From Entomortierella parvispora E1425 (Eukaryota > Fungi > Mortierellomycota): 64,000 bases of DNA. The first letter of the stretch is position 1. Each line of letters starts with the position of its first letter. The notes below the pieces were generated by a model. The model was not told the origin of the DNA and searched no databases. It worked only from the letters and a program-made list of their open reading frames with translations. The DNA lies in contig BQFW01000012.1 in assembly GCA_020891255.1 (NCBI GenBank), positions 1,054,001 through 1,118,000 of the forward strand, written 5' to 3'. This document shows positions 12,848-24,038 of the stretch, piece after piece. The translations under genes and the position numbers were made by a program.

Positions 12848-14205
12848 TCAGGCTGGCAATGCTTTCTGACCCCTGTTCTTGTCTTTCAAACTCTTGGGAT
12901 GTGGCATGATTCTGCAATCACTCACTCTACAGAGATTTTTCAATGCTTTTCTCTCTAGTGCCTCAAAGAACTTCAGACCTGAAGCCTTTTCAACCGCCTC
13001 CACAGGGACCTGGAACGCCGTCAGTGGCACCTCATTTTGAATAGTGTTGTTGGGAAGTACAAACGCTCCTACGGACATGTCGCCATTGCCGCGGTCTGTG
13101 AGAATAACCTTGTAAAAATGTGTAGGTACCGCAATGTTGGGGGGATTGCCAATAACCTCGTGTTTGACATAAAACTTGTTGTCCACAGGATCCTGATGAG
13201 GAAGGTACAATGGCCCGGTGATGACATAAACATCAGGGAACGACTTTGTCAAGTTGCGGCAAAAGTTTTCAAAATGCGCCCAATCTATCGTAGAATCAAA
13301 AGAAGCAATTTTGGGAGTTAAGCGCCAGTCTTGATTCAGTAAGATAAAGCGATATTGCAGCCCAGAGTACACTTACAATCCCGGTTAAACCCATCCCCGA
13401 CTTGAGGTGCAATGTTGGAAAGAAAAAATGTCTCGTCCATGGCTGACTGTGAGTTTTTGCAGTCGGCTGCAGGTACCATATGTCCACGATCATATCCCGA
13501 TCGAAGGTAGTCTGAAAGCTTTGCCTTGTACAAATCCGGCACAGTAGGGTCCTCCTTAAATTGCGAGTTGCCTCGTCCAACACCTTCTCCAGCCTTCAGA
13601 GAATCTGCCGTAATGTGCTCGGCAACCCAATTGGGGTGACGGAGAGTACGCTATTGTTACAGCCATCGAATATTAATATGGTTAGGATAAATGAAACCTA
13701 CGGAGCGCGATAAACCATACGGACAACAGCGTAGAGTAGTTAAAGACTTGCGTTATATGAAGCGACATATCCCTCTCTGGAGAAAAGGTCGTTGATAGGA
13801 CCTAATAAACCGACCAACAAATTTAATACCAACAAAATCAAATCAGATAATGACACTGACAGAAATGGAGATATTCGCACCTGGAAATCCGTGAGGCATA
13901 ATTGACCGTGGGTTGCTGGTAGGCACTGGAGGTGGCCGTGCCACAACAGGAGGAGGTCCTGCAGGGACTAGGAGTCCCGTTTTCGCCGGCACTGGAGCTG
14001 GCATAGGTGCTGGACCAGGGGTAGGCACGGAGACAGGTGCAAGAGCAACCTGCTTCGATTTGAAATAGGAACCCATGGCGATAGCGCCGATGACGGCTCC
14101 ACCTGTGAAGATTGCTACATTCCTGACTACCATGATGGTCGTTGCGAGGGCGGGGGGGGGGGGTGCTGATCGGCATGCAACTGGATCGGGAGGACTCTCG
14201 CCCAT
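12848..14205 (-). CDS. NUC1: Mitochondrial DNA/RNA non-specific endonuclease (EndoG/Nuc1)
   Basis: SGYDRGHMVPAAD catalytic motif, ETFFLSNIAPQ, VITGPLYLP and VAVPTHF-like segment. N-terminal hydrophobic anchor; start may be 14205 or 14133. Confidence 0.93.
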
Positions 14206-14363
14206 ATCTGCCGAGGCAGTGGCTTAGCACTTTTCAATTCGCGTGTGCAGAATCCCCACGCGCTTGACACCACCGTTGTCCTCATCATCCTCATCTTGGT
14301 CTGACATTCTCCGCCCTTTGTGCATCTGCATCATTACTCTGAGAAACAAATAGCAGACTAACC

Positions 14364-16316
14364 ATGGCAGCCTCGGGACAGGACCAGCACCGTGAGAGCC
14401 ATCTTATCTCTCTCAAGGTCATGCGACTCTCTCGACCGTCTCTTGTCACAGGTCAGGGAATCTACTTTGGCACAAAGTCCTCAACGAATACGGTCTCGGC
14501 GTCTTCTTCGCCCCCACACCCTCCATCCTTAACTTCAAGTCAGGGCGAAAAGCCTAATATGAACTCCATCCTCACTGAGGCTCTCTCCGACCTATCCCTA
14601 AGTCAACTTGAGCGAGTCCATCCCCCTTCGTTGAGCCCAGTCCCTGTCGCGGAGGGCTATAAGAATGACAATGAAGCAAGCCGGAGCTCTGAAGTACGCT
14701 GGGAAGAAGCGCTTGACATGGGCAACTATAATGTTTCTGAACTACTCACCATGCCCGCATCGTTTGGCAATATTTACTTGGGAGAGACCTTCACCTCGTA
14801 TATTTGCGCCAACAACGAGTCGGCACACCCAGTCAGGGATGTTATTCTCAAGGCAGAATTACAGACTTCGACGTCAGCCACGCGCTTTGCTCTGACCGAT
14901 ATATTGTCGCAACATCGCCCGCTGCGCTCTGCAGATCCTAACAGTGCACTGTCATCATCTGCTCCTGTGTCAAATGGCGGACACATTCAACTCTTGGAGT
15001 CAGGAAAGACCAACGAAATGATTGTAGCTCACGAGATTAAGGAGTTAGGGACACATATTCTCTCTTGCTCAATCCAGTATACCACGTTGGATGGACAGCA
15101 AAAGTCATTCCGCAAGTTTTACAAATTTCAAGTATTGAACCCACTCTCTGTTAAGACCAAGGTTCATCATCCCGCATCCAGTGCACCTGCATCAACTTCA
15201 GTGACTCCGAATGCCGCCGGCAATGGAGCAGGTGGATCGACAACGGCGGGGGTTTCAAAGAGTGGAGTAGTTCTGCTAGAGGCGCTGATACAAAACATGT
15301 CTGGTGTAGCCATGTGGATGGAGAGAATGAGATTTGAAGTTGCCGACGCATTTACTGTACAGGATTTAAATGTAGCGATCGAAGAAGCTGAGAGCTCTTG
15401 TCAGAAGCAGGGCGAGACCGAAGTCGTCACTAGTCCGCGGCAAAGGAAACAAACAGCCAACATTTTTGGAGAGCACGACTACTTTGCCCCGAATGATGTT
15501 CGGCAGTACCTCTACGTTTTGGCACCGAGACCTGGGAAGGAGCTTCTAGCTAAATCTACGAATGTACTTGGCAAACTGGATATTTTGTGGCGCACACAAT
15601 TTGGTGAAACCGGTCGACTGCATACCAGTCAATTGACGCGGAAACCGACCCCATTGGAGGAAATTGCAGTGCAGGTTGTGAAAGTCCCAAAGACTATTCG
15701 GTTGGAGGAGGTCTTTTCTATCGAGATTGTCGTCAAGAATCAAACTCTAGGATCGGGGCCAGGATCGTCTTTGCCAGCAAATCAGCAACAGCCGCAGCAA
15801 CAGCAGCATTCTCATAATATCGGCAATGATCAATCTTTAACTCGACCTGTCAGCAACAACTCGCAAACACCTTTCGGAGGCGCCTTTCATCCTCCTCCGC
15901 TTACGCTGGCAAAACCGCCGGCCGCAGTGGCAAGAGGAGCAGCTGTGCCTCCAAGTCGGCCCGGGGAATCTCAGCTGCCGCAACAACAACTCAAACAGCA
16001 TCAACAACAACAACAATTGCAGCAGAGTCAATCACAACTTCATCCTCCATCTCAGACCAGTCCTGCACAAGATCAACATGCCATGAAGCTTATGCTGACA
16101 GGAGTGAAACAGAAAATGGGCGCCATACTTTTAAGCGGGCCAAATAGCCGACAACTAGGATCTGTTCCAGCAGGTGGCGAAGTACGAGTACGACTGGACT
16201 GGTTTCCGTTAACAAGTGGCATTCAAAAGATTGGGGGTATTCGTATAGTCGATATTATATCTGGATACACCATAGAGCTCGACCACCTTACGAATTGCTT
16301 TGTAGAGCACACTTGA
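14364..16316 (+). CDS. TRAPPC13: TRAPP complex subunit 13 (TRAPPC13/Trs65-like, DUF974)
   Basis: Single 650-aa ORF with HLISLKVMRLSRP, PASFGNIYLGETF, HEIKELGTHILSC, FRKFYKFQVLNPL and LGKLDILWRT..GETGRL.TSQL. Confidence 0.9.
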   Translation: MAASGQDQHRESHLISLKVMRLSRPSLVTGQGIYFGTKSSTNTVSASSSPPHPPSLTSSQGEKPNMNSILTEALSDLSLSQLERVHPPSLSPVPVAEGYKNDNEASRSSEVRWEEALDMGNYNVSELLTMPASFGNIYLGETFTSYICANNESAHPVRDVILKAELQTSTSATRFALTDILSQHRPLRSADPNSALSSSAPVSNGGHIQLLESGKTNEMIVAHEIKELGTHILSCSIQYTTLDGQQKSFRKFYKFQVLNPLSVKTKVHHPASSAPASTSVTPNAAGNGAGGSTTAGVSKSGVVLLEALIQNMSGVAMWMERMRFEVADAFTVQDLNVAIEEAESSCQKQGETEVVTSPRQRKQTANIFGEHDYFAPNDVRQYLYVLAPRPGKELLAKSTNVLGKLDILWRTQFGETGRLHTSQLTRKPTPLEEIAVQVVKVPKTIRLEEVFSIEIVVKNQTLGSGPGSSLPANQQQPQQQQHSHNIGNDQSLTRPVSNNSQTPFGGAFHPPPLTLAKPPAAVARGAAVPPSRPGESQLPQQQLKQHQQQQQLQQSQSQLHPPSQTSPAQDQHAMKLMLTGVKQKMGAILLSGPNSRQLGSVPAGGEVRVRLDWFPLTSGIQKIGGIRIVDIISGYTIELDHLTNCFVEHT

Positions 16317-16329
16317 AATATATTTGAAC

Positions 16330-19300
16330 CTAGGATGCATTATGTTGCAAGACTACAATACGTTCTGAAGGTGGACAAGAATGTGGTGAGGCTTTGATCA
16401 AACTTCGAAGACAAGCTGGAAGTTCAGGGGTCTCTGGCTTTGCTTGCAAGTTGGAGGGGCTTGACATATTTCGATTTTGCTTTGACACCTCAATCTTGGA
16501 TGCGATGTGCTCCAATCTACGATATAGAATCTCTGCATTCTGAAGAGTCTCCTCCAGATCGATAGTCATACTCAAATCGTTCACATACTAAGATGAGCAT
16601 GGAATGATGGCATGCAGACATTAAAAAATATGATTTTGTTAGTGTTTACGATGAAAAGAAGTTAAGGCAAGACAAGAGTTGTTACCTTCAAAATTTCGTC
16701 AAATCCTCGCAAATGGTCCATCATGACGTCCCGGTGTTTATCAAGAATAGCCATCGCAACAAAGAGATGGAATTGGCTCGAGAGATGATCCGAAAACAGG
16801 ATTTCCCAGAGGCGCATGATGTCGACCCATTCAAACTCACGTTTGAACCAAATTAATAGCCAACGGAAGCAAAAGAACAGGTTGAGCGCCTCGCATTTTT
16901 CTAGAATAGTCAGGGTTCATTGTTAGCAAGTTCATCTCACTGTAGAGAAAGATGTTATATAGGGTAAAAAGCTCTTACCTAGATGCTTATAGAACTTGGG
17001 ATCCAGAACCTGAATCAGCTTGCCAAGAGATTCGAGCTGCCCTTGCATTCCAACTTGGTCACGATAGAAGTTTTTCTTTGTCTTCTCCATCACACCTACA
17101 AATGCCCAGAAGCCCATAACCTCATCGCCCATGACGGCGAATACAGGTGCCAGCAAATCAGACATGCCCTGGACGTAACCCTCAAGCAAATTTGGCTCCA
17201 GTGTAGCGGATGGAGAAGTTGCACCCAATATTTCGCTTGGACCTGAAATGCCGGGACCAACTGGAGACTTGTCGTTTGAAGGCAAGACAGGTACCTTGCT
17301 TGCCCAAATGTTATAGGTTAACAGGATGTCCTTCAAAAGCTCCAAATTTTCATTCGAGCCCACCCCAGTAAAGTCGCCAGAAGGGTTAGGCAACGTTTCC
17401 GATGCAAAGAACGATATGGTTCTGTCCGTACGATGGACATCTTTCTCGATTCGCAGCTTTTGTTCTTGGAACTCTTCGGTTTCCTGAATAGCGGCATCAT
17501 CAAACCACTCACGCTTGAGAGCATAGTATTCCTCGCTAATAGAAATGAATGTATTCATCAGTTTCCAGCAGCTCAAAGTTGGATCATGCGTCTGTATTCT
17601 ATATGACAATATGGTGCGACACTGCAAAGACATCACACTTACGTTTTCGTTGTTCGGATAACAACCCGTTCCGCCTCCGTTGAATTCCAGGGGTAAATAC
17701 CCAAAAAAAATTTCCACACCTCAATGCGGATGTCATGGTCAATACCCCCACGGAAGACCACTTCCCGGACATGGGCCTCAGAGACTTTGAGTCGACCAAC
17801 GTCATCAAAGAATGTAAACCAGTCCATAGGAGTGAGTGGTGACGTTCTAGTGTGTTGTATCATAGGACAGTCTGTTTCAAGCTGTTGGGGTGAAGGGACA
17901 AATAAACGAAACAGTTCAATGTTGGAGCCAGTTTACAGCTGCACATGTAATTATACAAAAAAATACACACAACTTACATCAAGAACGTTAAAGGCACCCA
18001 GCGGCCCCTCTTCGTCCTCCTGGTCGCTAATACGTCGAGTATCCTGTACATGGGCTCGGCGCGTTGAACCAGGATGAAGCCTGTCCATCTCTCTTGTTTC
18101 TCTACGCTCACGATCACTCTGGTCAGCAACTGTTGCAGCCCATTTAGCATAGTACACGCGCGCAGAATCATAATCTTCCATGACTCGTTTAGCAGCCTCT
18201 GACTCTTGAATACGTTGCTGCACGTGCGGAGGAAGAATTTGTTTTGTTATGGGGTGGTCCAGGATATTTGTAGCGGTATCACGCGAAAATCTGGCAACCT
18301 GAGAGAAGCGCTCCAAGATGTTCCAACGCATCTCTTTGACCGTCTATTAACACGTATTCATGTTAAAAAACAATCAATCACACCACGTACATTACGTCTA
18401 GACAAGAACTTACGTTAACAAGAGGATCAAGTTGGTTCTCAAAGGGCAACGGGGTCCTTGGCCTTCCACCAAATGCATTGGAAGATCCGCTATTGGGTGT
18501 CCCAACTTGTGGAGAGGTCCCTGTGGATGCTGATGAGGCATGGACTTTGGCCCCACCATCCGTAGAGCCTCCAGTCAACGATCGCCGCCGCCTCATGCCC
18601 TCGATAGTAATTGGCCCTACAGATGTGGTGGCTGCCGTATTCTCGAGTTTTGGGCTTTGAGAGTCCATCGTCAGTGTTATATCGGCTTCTGAGTGAGACG
18701 AGCTCTGCTCATCTAATCGTGGATAGAGCATCTCACTTGCATCCTCCACGGAAGATCCACGATCATATCGAAGTGGATGATCCTGGATGTAGGGCGACTG
18801 GCTTGGTGGAGGTGTAGCTGCCCCATGATTAATTTTGTCCGCATGTGAAGCATTGATAAGATATACACCTGGCTCGATGGCACTCCCGACAACCTCAACC
18901 ATCTGCTCCAACTTTTGTAATAGCTCTGATCCTCCCCATTCAGGAGGTCCTCCCGATGTGACTGCAGCTAAACCCTTGCCTTTGGATGAGCCCTCCTCAT
19001 GAAAGAAAAAAGCGGGTAGAGACTCGCCTCCAATCAAGTTGACAATAAGAGAGCCATGACGATCCCTCATCCTTGGTGGGTAAATAAGCAGCGAGTAAAT
19101 ACTCTGCAATGGTATAGACACCGCATAGTCGGATGGATGAAATGATCTGCGGTTGAGGTTGGGAGAACGCGGTGGGGCCACGAAAGTGGTCACTGTCGAA
19201 GGTGTTAGTGAACTGAGTGTTGACTAAGCGATTAAGCAAGCAGAAGGGATTCCTCAAATATGACATACCATCGTGATCACCTTGGCTAGAGATATCCACA

Positions 19301-19681
19301 TAAGAATCATCGTCCAGACTAGGGATAGAAACCTCAGGTGTCCATGAGAGGATACACTCATAACCTGTCTAAAAGTTGGCATAAGGCAGTTTAAGAAATT
19401 TTGGTCTATATAACAAATGTCTTGGCATCTGCCCTCGCCTGAAGCTGCAAAAAAGAGGTACTTACAGTCTCGATCAAGGAAAGGAAGCCAGGAATACCCT
19501 CTTTGTTATCGATTGTAGTCTTGACGAACACCTTGGGTCGAGTGAAGAGGAGCTTTGGCTGTGGAGTCAGGGTGGACTGACCAAGATAAGAAACCCGATC
19601 CACGTCAGATAACTGTGCAATTGTGCGTAAATCATATCCAAAAAGACCGCAATGTACAGAACGACGTCCGTCAGCTTTCAT
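16330..19681 (-). CDS. GYP7: TBC-domain Rab GTPase-activating protein (Gyp7/TBC1D15-like); 5' exon uncertain
   Basis: FRGGIDHDIRIEVWKFFLG, IEKDVHRTDR (Arg finger) and YVQGMSDLLAP (Gln finger). N-terminal PKLLFTRPKVFV...IPGFLSL segment. Confidence 0.88.
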
Positions 19682-20138
19682 ACCTCGAGGTCCTCCATTT
19701 GGGCAACCAACGGATCAGAGCTCATATTGACCGAGGAGGTGCTGGACATAGAGAGGGAAGTACGTGCTACGTTCGTGTGGATTGAGGGCGATTTCTAATT
19801 GAGTGGAATTCAAGAAAGAGATGCAGGCTAAGAAGGTACGAGAGAAAACGGGGGGAATAGCTGAAAGTGGGTGGAGAGGATATAAAGAGGCTGCAAGCAG
19901 GTCGAGCATAAAAAGAATGAACAGCCAAGAGTCGACAGGCATTGAGATGGCGCTTTTCCCATGCGAAGTCTTGGCGTCCTTGCGCCTTATTTGGGACACT
20001 TTATTTGTCCAGAAGCTTGTGACTCCTTTCGAAAGCTAAACACGTACATTGTAATGGAGTGTGTCACTCAGCTTTGGCGGCTTTTGCTTGCGCTGTTTGC
20101 CACCCACCGCAGATGCACCGTTTCCACCTGCAGGAGTG

Positions 20139-21856
20139 CTAGTAATAATCTGCATCCTCTGTATCCTCTTCATCCTCGCCTCCTACGTTCAGACTCTGGT
20201 GAAGAAGTGTAAAATCAATGGGCTGTGTCAATCCGGAGCCAACGATCCAACGCGAGCGTGCCACCTCTTCTGTTTGGCCGTTTGGATCAGTTTTACCGAG
20301 GCTGCCTTGGCGGTCATGAGAATGATCCAGGCGCTTATCGCTAACGTCTTCATCCTCCTGCTGATCATCTGAATTAATGTCTTCGTCAGTCGACCTCTTT
20401 TCTCTCCTATCCCGCAGCTCTTGCTTTTCTCTTTGATATTGCTCCTCTTTCTTGTGTTCCTGCCGAGTCCTAAGATCTACTTCAGCCTGCTCCTCTTGAG
20501 CTTTCAAATAGATGGCCCCAAACTCTTCTGGGCTGGTGGGGTGGTCCCGGCGTTCTTTCCTGATGCTATAACTAAGCCTATCCTCGGAAGACAAGAGCGC
20601 ACGCGCAAAGACACCGGACTGATGACTTCCTGGAGTTGGCGCCTCGTATCGGAGAGCAGACATGCGGCCGCAGTATCCATCTCTCCAGAACTGAGGACTG
20701 GACACCCATTCCGTTATACAGGCATAAAAGGCTTTGCCTGAATCCAGCATGATCACCTCTGACTCCTTAATACACCGCTGCAGGTGAGGGCCCACCATGG
20801 CGATCAGTTGCTTTGAGACGAGATGTGTTCGCGACATGGCCCAGTGCGTATTGGACTCGTCCTGCTTCCTTGAGTCTGCTGCGCCTGGAATTTGTAGAGA
20901 AAGTGGGGAAGTTTTGTCACCAAAATCGTCCGGATTGCATGCAGAGGCTTCACTAACGAGTCCTTCGAAGGTTTGATCGTCCTTCATTGTCAAAAGTCTC
21001 CTTGGCCGAGATGAAAGTAAAGTCGAGACTAAGTTCTCAACATGAATATAATGCGTTGTGTCCGTGGTGAGAATGAAAGGATACGTGTCGAATATTGGCC
21101 CGGCGTACCAGTTGGTGTTGTTGTATAAAAAGTGATATGCCTAGAAATCAGTCAACGGTTGACCACTCAATGTTAGAAGCTGCCTCCTTTGCGTTTAGAG
21201 CACCAGCGAGAAAGCCATCTTCCTAGACTCGCAGCATCTCTTTACCTTTAGCAGACCAGGAGGATCATCGGCCTGTCCGTTCTCAAGGACTGAAGGGATC
21301 AACATCTTGCGCATTGGTGATGACTCTTTTGAGAATCCAAACCCCTCATTATTGCTATTAAGCCCCCCTGCGGCACTGTCTTCAATGTCTGCCTCCGAGT
21401 CCTCAGGTCCAAATCGTGAAGAGAGCGACTGGGCCCGCCCTTGAAACTCGCTTGGCCTTCTCATAACAGTTTCTCCATCATGCTCACCCACAAAGAACAC
21501 GCCTGCACCAAGATCTTCCACATCCTTAGCCCATGTCCTGGAAATTGATCTTTTCAATTCAAAATTGGCTGCTTTGCTGAGGGAAGGGGATGGGTGCACC
21601 AAAATCAGCACCACCGGCTCTTCTACCCTGTCAGTGAGAAAAGAAAGAACATTAGCAGAATGGCCAGGGTAGTGGCAAAAGAAGGCAAAGCATGGAGAAA
21701 GAGAGATTGGAATGACACTTACCGAAGTCGAGATGAACGTCGTGCGTTTGGTGAGCGATAGAAGATGGCTCGCAGAAGGATAAGGCCCACGATGGCGGAG
21801 GAGACGAGGCCCAGTACGCGGAGGGCCCGAGAGGGGTTGTAAACCAGCGCGGGCAT
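20139..21856 (-). CDS. Type II membrane glycosyltransferase, GT31 (beta-1,3-Gal-T/fringe)-like
   Basis: Spliced model not in the ORF track. Exon 1 (21856-21723) gives MPALVYNPSRALRVLGLVSSAIVGLILLRAIF (TM anchor). It continues VLILVHPSP...ELKRSISRTWAKD...VFFVG, LLK|AYHFL...ILTTDTTHYIHVENL and MVGPHLQRC. Confidence 0.55.
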
Positions 21857-22102
21857 TGTCCTTTGGAATAGTGTGGGCGCAGTTACGAGACCAATGAATA
21901 ATAAAACGAGATGATGGAAGAGAGGACAGGACAGACAGATGGAACAAGGAAAGATGCATTCAGGAAGGGAGGGTGTGCTGGACTGCGGTGCTGGATTGCG
22001 GTCAATTACGGAGGGCCTGCAGGGCGGTTCAACGACTCACCAGATGAAACATGTGCCTCGCTTGTAAGCTTGTAACATCATCCATCCTTTCATCCCTTAC
22101 CA

Positions 22103-23919
22103 ATGCGTTCGACCTTCATCCCCCTGGCACTGACCCTAGCGGCGGTGGCCGCCATGGCTCTCCCCCAGCAAATCCCATTTGTTGCTCCCCACCCTCCTAC
22201 TGTGCCGCAACATCATGCCTTGACTAATACAGCCTATGCACGTTTTGACCATGACCAGGTCCTCCGTGTGCAAGTGGCCAACGATGACGAACTGAAGCAG
22301 CTAGAGGCCGTCATCGAGGTACGAAGGCAGGGTTTCCTGTCTAACTGAGAAATGCATTACTTTCGTTTTATAATCGTGGTGTCCGCCTAACCATACCTGT
22401 TCTGTTTTGGGATAGGAACAAACACTGGACCTATGGTCCAATCTTCGAATTGGAACTGTTGACGTTCGTATTCCTCGTTCAAACATGGACGCGTTCAAGT
22501 CCGCAGTTTCGTTGCCTCACTCAGTCATGATTGAGAATCTGCAGGAACTCGTTCCTGAGCAGGCGCCTGCGTCGATCATACGCAGTCATGGGGATTGGAA
22601 TTTCACTGATAATTCCTTCTGGGCAAGCTACCATGACCTTGCTACTTTAAACAGCTTCACAGAAGCCATGGTTCAACAGTTTCCTGACTTGGTCAAACGC
22701 ACCTCCATGGGCACCACACACGAGGGCCGCGAAGTTTTTGGAATGACCATCCACGGCTTCCAAAACAAAAAAAAATCGCTTGCTCAGCAACAGGAGGATG
22801 CCCAGGAAAACAATGACGAAGTGAACTCTTGGTGGTCTTGGCTTATTGATTCTCTTGCGGCTAACAGGTCGTCCAAAAATCACTCCAAGCCTGAAAAGCA
22901 CCCAAAGGAGATCCTCTTTCATGGAGGCCAGCACGCTAGAGGTAATGGAATCTGAACTTATGATTCATTTTACTAGATATCTAACAATCCCGTCTTTTTA
23001 CCGCACTCCAGAGTGGATTGGACCTGCCGTAGTGTCCTACATTGCCAAAGAACTCATTTTGGGTTATGGAACGAACAAAAAGATTACCCGCCTTGTTGAC
23101 CAGTTCGAATTCACTATTGTTCCTGTCCTCAATGCTGACGGATACGCCTATACGTGGGAACACAATCGTATGTGGCGCAAGAACAGAGAGCCGACTTTTG
23201 TCCCCTTCTGCCCTGGCATTGTAAGATAGATACAGTAGAATATCTATGTGCACGTGATGATGGGCCGAGTTCTTGCTGTTTTGAACTATTATTAATGCGA
23301 TACGTTATGCGCTAGGACCCCAATCGCAACTGGGGATATAAATGGAACAACGGAGGGAGCTCAAGCAACCCTTGCAGCGAAGCCTACCAAGGACCGGAGC
23401 CATTTGCAGCGAAGGAACCAAAAATGATTGCGGACTACATTCTTAAAAAAGGGAATGTCGTATCCTACATTGACTTTCATGCGTATTCTCAGCTTTGGAT
23501 GAGTCCCTTTGGCGCAGATTGCACTTCTATACCCAAGGACAACGAGGACATCATGGAAGCAGGCATGGGTGCTGCCAAGGCCTTGAAGGATATTCATGGT
23601 ACCAAGTTTGCCGTAGGCAGCGTTTGCAATATCATCTATCAAGCCAGCGGTGGCTCTCTTGATTGGTAAGTGCCACCCTAATCCCTGTATACATGATGTC
23701 GCCTTAGCTGTATTAATTATCATCTTGTTAAATCGTAGGACCTATGCGACTGGTGGAGTCAAATACTCGTATGCAGTCGAACTTAGAGACACTGGTCGTC
23801 ACGGATTCCTATTGCCCGAGGACCAGATTCTGCCTTCGTCCGAGGAAACGTTCGCAGGTGTTTTGCATCTGTCCAATTTCATTCGAAAGCGCGAGAAGCA
23901 GTGGGGATATATGTCTTAA
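22103..23919 (+). CDS. Secreted zinc carboxypeptidase, M14A family, with propeptide
   Basis: Signal peptide [19 protein letters not shown]. Zinc ligands in HGGQHARE and DFHAYSQ, WRKNR, and catalytic Glu in YSYAVELR. Confidence 0.92.
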
Positions 23920-24038
23920 GGACGCATGTTACTGCTGCTAGCTGTGGCACTGCTGCATCGACCAAGTCCTCGTCTATTCGTTCACATTTTGATATGAAGT
24001 AAAAAAAAAAAAAAATGTATTGTATACACATGCCAAAT

